Sequence record: PQ287644.1
Length of the DNA stretch: 64,000 nt
Reading direction: 5' to 3' (one strand)
Position numbers and translations under genes: made by a program
The notes under the pieces: model-generated
The model's input: the letters and a program-made list of their open reading frames with translations, nothing else
What the model was told of the DNA's origin: nothing
Databases searched by the model: none
Shown here: piece after piece, positions 17,818 to 27,858 of the stretch
Layout of the letters: every line of letters starts with the position of its first letter
Position numbering within the stretch: position 1 is the first letter of the stretch

Positions 17818-18681
17818 ATGAAAGAAGAAAACCAGAAGAAGACCAACAGTTTCCAAGGTGGCGATGTTCGGGTAGTGTCTTCTAAGACGCATCCCGGTAA
17901 ATCGAAATTCCTCCCGGTAAACCTCATGGGACCGGATACGATCGAGAACCCTGACCAACTGGTCCTCCACGTTCATCACCGTCTGACCGAAGGTCAGAAA
18001 GCGTTCTACCACACCCTGGAAACCTACGGGTTGTGTAAGGCCTACAGTTCGTCACCCGATCCCCGTACGTTGGTGATCAACATCGCCACCGGTCTTCCCC
18101 ACACCAAGGAAGAGAAAGACGCTCCTCGTCGCAGCATTGAGTTGGACGCCGGGATTATCCTCTACGCGGTTATCAGCGAACGGGAGGGCGGGCCCTTCAA
18201 AATCGTTATCGTAGGTACCGCTACCCATACGACCTATTTGGTGATCCGCGAGGACGTTGCCTTCTCGTTTATCATCGATAAGGTGTCGTTGTCGGTTCAG
18301 GATGCGGTAGTCGCCCTGTACGCCAGCAACCTCAGCAAAGGCCGGGGTCTCTTCGAGAACACCGCTAAACACCTTCCGGACTTCTTCTACAAGCTGTTTA
18401 AGGCTGTCTTCCCGGAAATGGTTCGTCTGGAATTCATGATCACTCACATTCATGAAGACAGTGTTCGTGTTGCACTGTACTGGGATCCTAGGGGACCTAA
18501 CAAGAATCTCATTGCCTGCAATGGGTTTGTCTTCCCGCTGGACATTTCCCAGTTCCCGGGTAAACAAATCTCCCGGGGGTATAACCTCCAGAAGAAAGAA
18601 ACCCGGCATGTCACCCACAAACAAAAGGGATCTGACCTGTCAGTCAATACCCAGCGTCTGTTGGAAAAGTTCTCGAAATAG
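17818..18681 (+). CDS. Hypothetical protein
   Basis: 287-aa ORF, GAGGA RBS. Confidence 0.8.
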   Translation: MKEENQKKTNSFQGGDVRVVSSKTHPGKSKFLPVNLMGPDTIENPDQLVLHVHHRLTEGQKAFYHTLETYGLCKAYSSSPDPRTLVINIATGLPHTKEEKDAPRRSIELDAGIILYAVISEREGGPFKIVIVGTATHTTYLVIREDVAFSFIIDKVSLSVQDAVVALYASNLSKGRGLFENTAKHLPDFFYKLFKAVFPEMVRLEFMITHIHEDSVRVALYWDPRGPNKNLIACNGFVFPLDISQFPGKQISRGYNLQKKETRHVTHKQKGSDLSVNTQRLLEKFSK

Positions 18682-18764
18682 TCTGTGAGTACGAGGTGGG
18701 GGCGTTACCCCCCACCTCTACCTATGCTGTAACGCGCTGTAATACCCTTTAAAGAGTTTTTAAC

Positions 18765-19265
18765 ATGAAAGGTACCCTACCCCATTACCAGATCAAAATT
18801 ATCGCTAGAAGTGCCTTTACAGACGATTTAAAGGAGAGACTCAAACCACTGTATGAAAACCTCTTTCACCACGAACTCCATCTCGTCATCGGTACTAAAA
18901 CAACCCGTAAGCTGTTTAAACCCTCCGCCCGTAAAAATCCCCACCCCTCCGTTATTGAGAAACGGTACGAAGACTTCTTCAAAGTAACCGACAAGATAGT
19001 ACTCGTTACTCACTTGGGAGAAGCCGTGGGATATCTGGCGGTGGTTAAGAACAAGATCACCTCACTCTTTGTTGAAGAAGACTTCCGGAAGCTAGGCTTA
19101 GGGCGGATCATGGTGTCCAAGTTACAACGGGGTGGGCATCCTGTGAACCGGTTCCTCTACGTTCAATGCTTTACCCAGAATACAGCTGGTATCAACTTCT
19201 ACCGGAAAGTTGGGTTTAAGGAAATTGACAGAGGAGAGATCTACACGGTTTTGTTAATGGAATAA
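18765..19265 (+). CDS. GNAT-family acetyltransferase
   Basis: ITSLFVEEDFRKLGLGRIMV and QNTAGINFYRKVGF. Confidence 0.85.
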   Translation: MKGTLPHYQIKIIARSAFTDDLKERLKPLYENLFHHELHLVIGTKTTRKLFKPSARKNPHPSVIEKRYEDFFKVTDKIVLVTHLGEAVGYLAVVKNKITSLFVEEDFRKLGLGRIMVSKLQRGGHPVNRFLYVQCFTQNTAGINFYRKVGFKEIDRGEIYTVLLME

Positions 19266-19323
19266 ACACCGCACTAGGAGTAGCCCATAAGGGCTACTCC
19301 TAGGGGTGTATTTTATTTTTGTT
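19266..19323. terminator. Bidirectional terminator between convergent genes
   Basis: ctaggagtagccc-ataa-gggctactcctag with A/T-rich flanks. Confidence 0.75.
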
Positions 19324-20250
19324 TCAAAAGAAGCGGTAGATATCTCGGTAGCGTCCTGCTTGGTAGTAATCCCCTGATCCAATGGTGGAAGAGTTAACTC
19401 CCCCTACCAGGTAAATCCCACTGTCGTCCGTGAGCATTTCAAAGGCATACCGTTTAGTTACCGTGGTCATTTGCTTGTACCAACGGTCTTTCAGTATGTC
19501 GTAAATATGGAACACGATGTAACCGTTTTCAACACCACAGAGAATCAGGAACTGTTTCCACGAAGTCCCCCCAGTCCAACTGCTGGCAATAGGTGCTTCT
19601 GTTACCGTTCTCCAGGTGTTGGTAACGGGATCGTATTCCCTGACCAATCTTGACGTACCCGCGGGGTCGTTCCATCCCCCGAATACATAGATCTTTCCAT
19701 TGAACTGTCCGATGTAATGCCCATTGAGCGCCATCGGCATATCCGCTTTACGGGTCCAGACGTTGGTGGTGGTGTCATACTGGTGGTTGAGGGCTGTGGG
19801 TTTATTGGTACTCCCCATGTAACCCCCCATGCAGAAGATCGTCTTATCATCCAGAGTAATACACCGACCTTGTCCCCGGGCTCCATCCGGGAGATTATTC
19901 AAGTTCGTTGAAGACCCTGTTGAAGGATTCAATTTCCACACGTGACTCACGTAGTTCCCATTATTACCGGTAATACCCCAGAAGGAACTGTTGCAGTAAC
20001 ACCCGCCACTCCAGGCCCATACGGAGATATTCCCGCTAGTGGCCCACGTACGGGTGGTAAAGTCATAACGGGCATACGTCTGTTGTTGACCCCCACCGGC
20101 AAACTGACCCCCGAAGATGTGAATCTTCCCTCCACCGATTCCCGCACTGAAGTTAGCAATACCGTTGAAAGGAACTTGAGTCACCCATTCCATTCGTCCC
20201 AGAATGTAGGGGTTATCATCAGAAAGGGTAAATAGTTGACTCTCTAACAT
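19324..20250 (-). CDS. Kelch-repeat beta-propeller protein
   Basis: Repeated GG...YD..T..W units (KIHIFGG, IFCMGGY, KIYVFGGW, IYLVGG; YDTTTNVWTRKADMP). Confidence 0.85.
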   Translation of the reverse strand: MLESQLFTLSDDNPYILGRMEWVTQVPFNGIANFSAGIGGGKIHIFGGQFAGGGQQQTYARYDFTTRTWATSGNISVWAWSGGCYCNSSFWGITGNNGNYVSHVWKLNPSTGSSTNLNNLPDGARGQGRCITLDDKTIFCMGGYMGSTNKPTALNHQYDTTTNVWTRKADMPMALNGHYIGQFNGKIYVFGGWNDPAGTSRLVREYDPVTNTWRTVTEAPIASSWTGGTSWKQFLILCGVENGYIVFHIYDILKDRWYKQMTTVTKRYAFEMLTDDSGIYLVGGVNSSTIGSGDYYQAGRYRDIYRFF

Positions 20251-20295
20251 GAAGCCGCTCCTAAAGAGAGGGAGTTAATCCCTCTCTTACTGATT

Positions 20296-20979
20296 TCAGT
20301 TCAACACAAACAAAGGACCCGGAACGGAAGGCAGTTCCTCTGCGACGGTGGCTGCTTCAGCCCTATCCATAAGGGACCATATCGTTTCCAGTCCTTCCTG
20401 GATACGAGAAGTCACTTCATTGGACAAGTCAATGGTTTCTTGAGCGGTCAGGGAAAGTGTTACACCTTCCTTGGTGCGAATAGAAGCGGAGAAGGGTTTC
20501 TCCTCACGCAATGCTTCTTTCGCCTGGATACTCAAGGCCGTCAAATGGATTCGGTGGGTGGATTCGATCAAGAGGGTGTGGACCGTCTCCCCGAATCGCA
20601 CTTCCATACCTGTGTAGAAAGCCGCCGCAATCACATTCTGGATTTCATTCTTACGAATGTCCTTAGCGGATCGGAGGCGTTCTGCGACTTCCTCAGGGGT
20701 AAAGTCCCGAGTGGTCCACTGCTGGGTCCAATACCCATCAATCTGTTTAGGGGGGAGTTCAACCGGTACATCCCCGGCGGGTGGTTGGGTCAATTGAACG
20801 ACAGCCATCAGGAAGGGTTCTCCTTCCAAGGCACTGGCTTGTAGCTTACTGGGAATGGGCCAGTCAGGGAACTTCTTCCGAACATCCTCAATGTAAAGAG
20901 GATATTCCCCCGTGCGCGTATCAATCAAGGCGGTGCTTTCATATACCACAGTTACCCTATCCATACTCATTCTCCTCAT
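20296..20979 (-). CDS. Tail-fibre assembly chaperone-like protein
   Basis: GEYPLY...ELPPKQIDGYWTQQWTTRDFTPEE pattern typical of fibre assembly proteins; sits in the fibre operon. Confidence 0.65.
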   Translation of the reverse strand: MRRMSMDRVTVVYESTALIDTRTGEYPLYIEDVRKKFPDWPIPSKLQASALEGEPFLMAVVQLTQPPAGDVPVELPPKQIDGYWTQQWTTRDFTPEEVAERLRSAKDIRKNEIQNVIAAAFYTGMEVRFGETVHTLLIESTHRIHLTALSIQAKEALREEKPFSASIRTKEGVTLSLTAQETIDLSNEVTSRIQEGLETIWSLMDRAEAATVAEELPSVPGPLFVLN

Positions 20980-22481
20980 TACGTGATTTTAATTCGATAC
21001 CCTTGGGAACCGCCAAAGAGGTAGAGGGCTTGGTTGTAGTTCACCCCCCACGCACTCGTAGCAACACCCGAGCCCAAACTTCCCAATAGCACCCACTTGT
21101 TTAACCGAGGCTCAAAATACCGAATCGGTTGATCGTTAACACTCCCCGCAATCGCGTAGAGTTCCCCATTATTCCCCAGCACAAAGGCTGCACCAACTGG
21201 GATGCCGGGAAGAGTCACCGTTGTCCAGGTGTTCGTAGCCGGGTTATACTGGTACATCCCAGGGTTGTTCGCCCCCGCCACTACCCCACCGATAACACTC
21301 ACCTTCCCTTGATAAACCATTACCGTAAAGTCAGAACAATCCCCAGTCTCAGCGAAGGCCTTAAGGACAGTGTGGGTATTGGCAACAGGATCGTACGCAA
21401 TCAAGAAGCCTTTATTCGTGGTGGGGGTTCCTGACTGTACCCCGCAGATGTACACCTTCCCATTGAGATAAACCGCTCCACCTGTCAGCGGAGTCAGGGG
21501 CATATTGGGTAAACGGGTGACGATGTTCGTAGTGGGATTATACCCGTACGCATCATTCGCAGCGCCTCCTAGGAAGTAAAGAACATCCTTACCATCAGAA
21601 ACCAGGATGGAGTTCTTCCGGGGGGGATTGGTAGGCCCTGTTGGACTCAGGGTTTCAAGTACCCGGGTTTCAAAGTTAACCCGACGGAACTCTTTGGTAG
21701 CGGTCTCTACCCCACCGTAGTAGTAAATATGGTTTCCATGGACACATCCCCGTCCGGTATTGAATAACAATGAACCCGGCCAGTTATCCATCGCCTCACT
21801 CTGACCTTTAATAAACGGGTACGTTCCCTTGGCATACAGAATAGGGCGCCATCCCTGGGTAGGGACTTCAGAATCACTGGCGGAGTATGTGACATTCCTA
21901 ATGGTGTACCACCCCCGATACGCTTGAGTGGTACCGGGTTCATTACCCGTAATGTCTTTACCCCAGTTGGTATTCCCGTCAGTATTCCCACCACTGGCTG
22001 CTTGATTCATCCCCAGTTCCGCATCCGTGAACCGAGTGGGCCAGTTGAATCCATTGGGATCCGATACATGGACGTTATACAACAACCGGTCCCATTCAGA
22101 CGTTGCTGTATTGCCATCACTCCCCATGGTCAAGAGACCCACGGTGTAAATAACCCCTCGGTACCGGAGCTCATAGTTCCCTGTCCGTAGACCGGCTTGG
22201 GTCAACAGAATACGCCGAACATTATTCCGGATCGGCATTTGAGGAATGTAACAGGTTTCATTGTGGTTCGAAAACTTCAACCACGGTTTGCCTTCATTGA
22301 TCACTTTACCAAAGGCAATCCCAGTGAGTTTCGCTAAATCCTCGTAACCAAACAATTCCGTTGCAGGAGTGATCCCGTACCATCCTTGGGCAAGACTACC
22401 CGCTTTCAGTTTAGAAGGCCCCGGATAAGGATCGTCCGGAAAGGCATTCGCGGTCGATGTAAAGAGTAACGCTTCTATCAT
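20979..22481 (-). CDS. Virion-type N-terminal domain fused to C-terminal Kelch propeller
   Basis: GWYGI...WLKF...YIPQMPIRNN...EWDRLLY domain resembling phiKZ-like tail proteins; about six Kelch repeats in the C-terminal half. Confidence 0.8.
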   Translation of the reverse strand: MIEALLFTSTANAFPDDPYPGPSKLKAGSLAQGWYGITPATELFGYEDLAKLTGIAFGKVINEGKPWLKFSNHNETCYIPQMPIRNNVRRILLTQAGLRTGNYELRYRGVIYTVGLLTMGSDGNTATSEWDRLLYNVHVSDPNGFNWPTRFTDAELGMNQAASGGNTDGNTNWGKDITGNEPGTTQAYRGWYTIRNVTYSASDSEVPTQGWRPILYAKGTYPFIKGQSEAMDNWPGSLLFNTGRGCVHGNHIYYYGGVETATKEFRRVNFETRVLETLSPTGPTNPPRKNSILVSDGKDVLYFLGGAANDAYGYNPTTNIVTRLPNMPLTPLTGGAVYLNGKVYICGVQSGTPTTNKGFLIAYDPVANTHTVLKAFAETGDCSDFTVMVYQGKVSVIGGVVAGANNPGMYQYNPATNTWTTVTLPGIPVGAAFVLGNNGELYAIAGSVNDQPIRYFEPRLNKWVLLGSLGSGVATSAWGVNYNQALYLFGGSQGYRIKIT

Positions 22482-22542
22482 GATGACTTATACCCCAAAA
22501 GAATACCAGGAGACCCCGTAGAGCCCCCTGGTAGTCATACTG

Positions 22543-25500
22543 TTAAGGAACAACAGCCCCCAACGCACCAATCCATTTGGTTCCATTCCAAGTAAAGACG
22601 TAGACCAGTTCAGATCCACTGACGGATGGGGGAGTTCCGTTATGCCACACCAAGGGTGTTGCATCCTTACCGGAGAAGGTCACAACACCCGCTCCGCCGG
22701 TGACATTAACCGTCAGGACCATCCCCCGTACCGGGGCTTTAGGTCCATCAGCAATCACCATTTGCTTACCCCCCGCCGCGGTGTTATTGATCTGGATGTA
22801 CTGATCCACCAACGGATTGATTTCCCCACTGGTCGTAAAGACCTTAATCGGCAAATCATAGCGGTCAAAGGTGAGATCCAGTTCCTTCCATTCAGGAATA
22901 TCCGTACCAGCACGGAAGACCCGAACGTACTGTTTACCATCCTTGGCTTGGAGGTCTTCAATACCCTTCGGAAACTCAATGGCTTTCCATTCGGTACCGT
23001 CACCTTCTGCATTGACAGCCTGGGCGTAATACGTCCCCGCAACCGCATTCGGCACGGGACCAATAGGGAGGGGTACCCAACGGTTACCCAACCGAACAAC
23101 CCGGCCTTCAGACTCCATGGGGGAATTGACATCACCCGCCACCAAACGCCCCCACAGGACCCAACCCCGATCAACGGTCTTGTAGAACACGTTGAAGGTC
23201 TCAGAGACCGCCCAGTCACCGACTCGGCCACTGAAGGCATCCGAAGGTGCGTCTACACCCGGCGGCAACGTAAGCCACCGACTGCCTTGCTCACCCTGAA
23301 TACCGGGTTTCCCTTGAGGTCCGGGAGGACCGTCACCCCCGGTCTTACCGGTTTGACCGCGCCATTCACCGGTTTCACGCCAGGCGTTAGTCGACGTACT
23401 CCAGATGGCTAGAGTGTTGGACTCCGCCAGGTAATACGCATCCCCCGCAACTCCCGCAGGAATAGCCGCTTGTAGAGCTGCCAGGTTCGCATAATCACCT
23501 TTAATGGGTACCGCAGGGCCTTCAGGGCCTTGTTCACCCCGTTCCCCGTTCTTACCCGGTTCACCCCGGAAATCAAACCCAGGACTCCACTCGCGCTCAT
23601 CATTCACGAAATACGTTAAATGATTCTCCAGAACGAGGATAGCGTCACCTTGCTTATAACCACCTGGCGCAGGCAGTTCTGCCAAGGTGGGTACTACATC
23701 CACCATGTTCAACCCAGCACCGGGAGCGCCATCACTTCCTGGCATGGAGACCGGACCCACGTTATCCCAACGAGTTCCAGTATTCACCCAGAGGTCTTTA
23801 TTCAGGTCAACGTAGGCTTTACCTTGAGTTTCCTCGTTAATCGGAGGAGGATCGGCATCCGCAGGTGTCAGGACTTTAATGATGTCCAAGGACTTACCAT
23901 TCAGGCCATCCTTACCGTTCTCACCATCCTTCCCTTTAAAGACACCCAGATTCGCCCACGCATTCGAAATGAATCCATAGATCGCGTTTTCATCACGAAC
24001 CGCATAGACCCATTGATCTTCAGGATTCGCAGGAAGATCCGCTACTGTGTCAACCACACCCCGAAGAACAATGTTGGTGCCGTTACGTCCATGGAGGCTG
24101 GCTAGGAACTCCTCTTCACTGCCGGTGTTCCCTTTGGAAATCCAGAGTTCGTACGTGGACTGACCGTTGATACCGTCTTCCCCTTTAAAGGGGCCCAGGT
24201 CCAACCAGGTCGAACTCGCCGCACTCCATACGTACAACCGAAGGGTGTCTCGTGTCACATACCCATCTTGGTTAGCCGGAGGGTTGGGTAAGTTGTCCAG
24301 ATCAGCACGGGTCCCTACAGTCCCCAAGACATTCAGGTTCTCACCGGGTTCGCCTTTCATGGCCGCCCAGTAATCATCTTCCGTCTTACCTTGGTTCTCG
24401 GGTTTATTCAACCAGACCTGAACACTGTTCAGGCCACCCGGTCCTACATCACCCTTATCCCCTTTAAACCCCCCCAGCTTCCGCCATGCGCTGTTCAGGT
24501 AGATGTACAGGGTATTCTCATCCTGAACCGAATAAACATCCTGTTCTACACCGGGGTTGGGGAGGTCATCTATGGTCGCTACGGTGTCTTTAACGATCAA
24601 GTTACGACCGTCAACACCGTTCTTACCATCCTCTCCTTTGAATTGACCCAGAATTACCCAGTTATTCTCAATCCACATACGGACCGTGTTGTCCGCGCGA
24701 ACCGACCAGACATCCTGTTCGACCGCGTTACTCGGGAGTTCACTGGCCAGGTCTACCGCCCCTTTCACCACGATACTCTTACCGTCAGTACCGTCCTTGC
24801 CGTCTTTACCCTTATACTGACCGACATCAACCCAATCTGTACGGTCTGCAATGTAGATCCACAGGTGGCCCGTATCCAACGTCACCCAACCATGTTGATC
24901 AACCGGGTCTTTAGCATTCAGCGCATTACGGTCAGCCACAGTTCCCTGTACCTGAAGGTTAGCCCCGCGTTCACCCCGAATGGCTTCCTGCCACTGTGTA
25001 ATGGTTTTGTTCTCGTTACCGGGAATCTTCTTCCAGGTTTCGAACGCATCATCTCCCTGAGGGCCTTTATCGCCCCGTTGGGAATCCAGGAACTCCTGAA
25101 GAGTCTTTTCTTCATTCCCAGGAATCTCTTTCCACAGCTCGAAGGTACTCTTGCCGTCAGGACCTCGAATATTCAAACTTTCCCAGACAAACTCACCCGC
25201 TGTTTTACCCGGAACCAGAACATGGATATCATTCCGCCACAGGTAGGCATCCCCGGGTTTATTTCCTTCAGGCAGAGGGAGATCGAGGTTGTCGGGCCAA
25301 ACACCCAACAGGTTAATCCCCCGTTCCCCTTGCAAGGAACCCGAAGACGCCCATTCGGTGCCGTTCCATACCCGTAGGGCAAAGTTAACGAAGTAGGCCG
25401 TACCGATCGGAAGCCCTTGGGTATCAATAGCCTCCAGTTCAGCTTCCGAATTGAGTTTGCCTTTAAGAACAACCCCTTGAGTTGAGAGGGATTCTAGATT

Positions 25501-25683
25501 CTCCTTCAGCCAGCGAGTCCGCGCATCCAGCACACGCGCTTGGAAGTTAGCCGCTCCCTCGCCATTGTCTCCCCCGCGAACCCGTACATCAGTCACCATA
25601 GCCGGGAGGTGTTCTTCCCATCGAGACTCCTCGACAATTGCCGGTAGTTCACCCGGCGTTACTGTTTCATCACCAATAGCCAT
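22543..25683 (-). CDS. Long tail fibre with collagen-like (GXY) linkers and tandem repeat modules
   Basis: 1046 aa; N-terminal NFQARVLDARTRWL anchor; many GxxGxxG runs; repeated W..LG.FKG.DG modules. Confidence 0.85.
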   Translation of the reverse strand: MAIGDETVTPGELPAIVEESRWEEHLPAMVTDVRVRGGDNGEGAANFQARVLDARTRWLKENLESLSTQGVVLKGKLNSEAELEAIDTQGLPIGTAYFVNFALRVWNGTEWASSGSLQGERGINLLGVWPDNLDLPLPEGNKPGDAYLWRNDIHVLVPGKTAGEFVWESLNIRGPDGKSTFELWKEIPGNEEKTLQEFLDSQRGDKGPQGDDAFETWKKIPGNENKTITQWQEAIRGERGANLQVQGTVADRNALNAKDPVDQHGWVTLDTGHLWIYIADRTDWVDVGQYKGKDGKDGTDGKSIVVKGAVDLASELPSNAVEQDVWSVRADNTVRMWIENNWVILGQFKGEDGKNGVDGRNLIVKDTVATIDDLPNPGVEQDVYSVQDENTLYIYLNSAWRKLGGFKGDKGDVGPGGLNSVQVWLNKPENQGKTEDDYWAAMKGEPGENLNVLGTVGTRADLDNLPNPPANQDGYVTRDTLRLYVWSAASSTWLDLGPFKGEDGINGQSTYELWISKGNTGSEEEFLASLHGRNGTNIVLRGVVDTVADLPANPEDQWVYAVRDENAIYGFISNAWANLGVFKGKDGENGKDGLNGKSLDIIKVLTPADADPPPINEETQGKAYVDLNKDLWVNTGTRWDNVGPVSMPGSDGAPGAGLNMVDVVPTLAELPAPGGYKQGDAILVLENHLTYFVNDEREWSPGFDFRGEPGKNGERGEQGPEGPAVPIKGDYANLAALQAAIPAGVAGDAYYLAESNTLAIWSTSTNAWRETGEWRGQTGKTGGDGPPGPQGKPGIQGEQGSRWLTLPPGVDAPSDAFSGRVGDWAVSETFNVFYKTVDRGWVLWGRLVAGDVNSPMESEGRVVRLGNRWVPLPIGPVPNAVAGTYYAQAVNAEGDGTEWKAIEFPKGIEDLQAKDGKQYVRVFRAGTDIPEWKELDLTFDRYDLPIKVFTTSGEINPLVDQYIQINNTAAGGKQMVIADGPKAPVRGMVLTVNVTGGAGVVTFSGKDATPLVWHNGTPPSVSGSELVYVFTWNGTKWIGALGAVVP

Positions 25684-25700
25684 TTAAGAAATTCCTCTGA

Positions 25701-27143
25701 TTAAGGGGTAAAGACAAGATGGGTGTTCAATTGACCCACCCGCACGGTGGTCGTTTGAGCGACCCCTTTCTTCAACACAATCATGACCCGGAGTTTCAAG
25801 GCCTTAGGGGCTCTGGCCAATTCAAGGATTTGGGTATCGAAGATCCCCGAGAGATCCCCTTGACGCAGGGGGTAATTCAGTTCAACGTTCTGACCCGAGC
25901 GTACAGTTTGGACTTGATCGTCCTGGTAGGTTACTTCCAGTTCCAGTCCTACTTGCAAGACCGCTTCCGCATCGGTTTGAATCGCCCAACGACCCTGAGC
26001 TACCAATTTCATCCCTACGGTCAGGTTTGTAATAGGGAGATCCTGTTCCATTCCCAAGGTCGGTTGATTACCGGTAGGCGTGCCCGTAAAGGACATCACC
26101 TGGTATTCGCCCCCTGAAGGGTTGGCTTCCTTGGTAATAGCGACGGTCAAACCGGTCAGTTGATTACCTCCAATACCGGTATTTGAGGCGATCTCTACTG
26201 TGGTAATGGTAGCGCCTCCCGAATTTCCAGCACTACCATCATTACCAGTCAGCAAAGGGTTAGGGTTAATGCTCCCGAAGAAGTGAGCGGTCTCCGGAGG
26301 TGTCGTGCTGAACGGAATGTAACTGGTCGGTAAGGTAATGGTATTCTTGAACAGCTTGCTCACCACAGCGGCAACATGGTTACCGATGATCTCGGCTCCT
26401 TTGGGACTTGGGTGTACACCGTCCCCCAACATGCCTGCCAGCGGCTTATTGACATTACCCGGCTCTACCATGTCATCCCAGGGGTTAACCACGATAACAC
26501 CCCGTTTAGGCAGCTCAGAGAGCATCCACTGGTGCACTTGGTAATGAATAGCCAATTGTTCATCACTGATCCCAATAGCGGCTTGTTCTACCGGGGTTTC
26601 AGCGATCGCAATGACGGTCTTACCATTGGCCAGCAATGTGGTGTAAATCTCGGAGAGGTTATTGATCGTTTCATTGAACGTCTGGTTACGCAGACGGTCA
26701 TTCCCCGAACCTAAATGGATAATCACGTCGAACTTATCCAGGGAAGCCAGGAGTTGAGGAAGGCGTTGGGCCTGCTGGGAAGTAGTATTTCCGTCGACAC
26801 CGGCGTTCATGGCATCCGGGAAGGCTACGACTCCCTCGGTCTTCGCGCTGGTCCAGAAGGCCAGACCAACGTTACCTTTCACACACTGGTAAGCACGACT
26901 GTCACCGTACACCACGATATTGCGGTTAAACGGCAGTCGGTCATTACTTACCGCATTGACTTTGGTGGTCAGGGTATTCACTTCTCCTAACAAATAACGG
27001 GTGCGGGCATCCAGCACGCGCGCTTGCTTGTTCGCGTTGCCGGTGCCTTCTTCGGTGGCTTCAACCTTGTCATCCGGCATCAGAGCCAGTAAAGGTTCAA
27101 CCCATTCCGGTTGTTCATTAATCACTACGGGATTGTCAGCCAT
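25701..27143 (-). CDS. Tail spike/fibre with SGNH (GDSL) esterase domain
   Basis: VYGDS, NAGVDG, GSGND, DGVHP catalytic blocks; N-terminal NKQARVLDARTRYL anchor shared with the fibre. Confidence 0.85.
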   Translation of the reverse strand: MADNPVVINEQPEWVEPLLALMPDDKVEATEEGTGNANKQARVLDARTRYLLGEVNTLTTKVNAVSNDRLPFNRNIVVYGDSRAYQCVKGNVGLAFWTSAKTEGVVAFPDAMNAGVDGNTTSQQAQRLPQLLASLDKFDVIIHLGSGNDRLRNQTFNETINNLSEIYTTLLANGKTVIAIAETPVEQAAIGISDEQLAIHYQVHQWMLSELPKRGVIVVNPWDDMVEPGNVNKPLAGMLGDGVHPSPKGAEIIGNHVAAVVSKLFKNTITLPTSYIPFSTTPPETAHFFGSINPNPLLTGNDGSAGNSGGATITTVEIASNTGIGGNQLTGLTVAITKEANPSGGEYQVMSFTGTPTGNQPTLGMEQDLPITNLTVGMKLVAQGRWAIQTDAEAVLQVGLELEVTYQDDQVQTVRSGQNVELNYPLRQGDLSGIFDTQILELARAPKALKLRVMIVLKKGVAQTTTVRVGQLNTHLVFTP

Positions 27144-27158
27144 GAGAATAGGCCCTGT

Positions 27159-27752
27159 TTAATACGTGAGGGTGCCGTCGTAACGGAATTGTCCGTTAAA
27201 ACGAGGAATGGCGTCGTATTGGCTTTCTACGACAGCCAGGGTACCAGTAACGGTGTTGGAATCAATGGTGGCTTGAGTGAACTCCCCGTCGAGGGTAATT
27301 TCATCATCCGTCAAGTCGTAGTAGCATTTGGCTTTGATCAGCGCTTTAATGTGTTCAGGGTTACGACTCCCTTTGAACACCAATACCGCACCTTCAATGA
27401 TATCTTCGTCTCGTTTGACTTGGTAAATACCTTCCACCCCCTGGGTTTGTAAAGTGTCCCAATCAACCGGATCGGGAGTTTCCAGCATGGAGACCTTATT
27501 CTTCACATAATCCGCTGGGAGGTACCGTTGGTTCTTACCGGTCAGTTTACCTTCGGAATCGATATTGACCACCCGAGCAAATTCACCGCCTTCTACCTCA
27601 ACTTTCCTGAGGTCAGAGAGGGTAGTGTTGTCCAGGGTGAGTTGCTCTAATACGCTAACAATGTTCGGTTCATCGGAATAACGTTCTTTATTAAAAGCGA
27701 TGAACCGTTCCAGAAACAGTAGATCGTTTGGAAAGGCCATGGGCGTGTCCAC
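27159..27752 (-). CDS. Putative virion/tail protein
   Basis: First gene of minus-strand fibre operon; C-terminal FNGQFRYDGTLTY; TATG motif upstream at 27786-27783; real start may be ATG 27740. Confidence 0.75.
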   Translation of the reverse strand: MDTPMAFPNDLLFLERFIAFNKERYSDEPNIVSVLEQLTLDNTTLSDLRKVEVEGGEFARVVNIDSEGKLTGKNQRYLPADYVKNKVSMLETPDPVDWDTLQTQGVEGIYQVKRDEDIIEGAVLVFKGSRNPEHIKALIKAKCYYDLTDDEITLDGEFTQATIDSNTVTGTLAVVESQYDAIPRFNGQFRYDGTLTY

Positions 27753-27858
27753 AGAAGTAGATAGAGGGTTCGGTCATTAGACCATAAAATTGGTAAATAA
27801 AATAGTACCCAAACCCATATTCTTCACTTACCTGGTTATTTAACTTGAGGTTCTTTTC

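Noticed and set aside
22543-25683. Diversity-generating retroelement or invertible tail-fibre cassette
   Set aside because: No reverse transcriptase, recombinase, inverted repeats or adenine-specific template/variable repeat pair visible in this window
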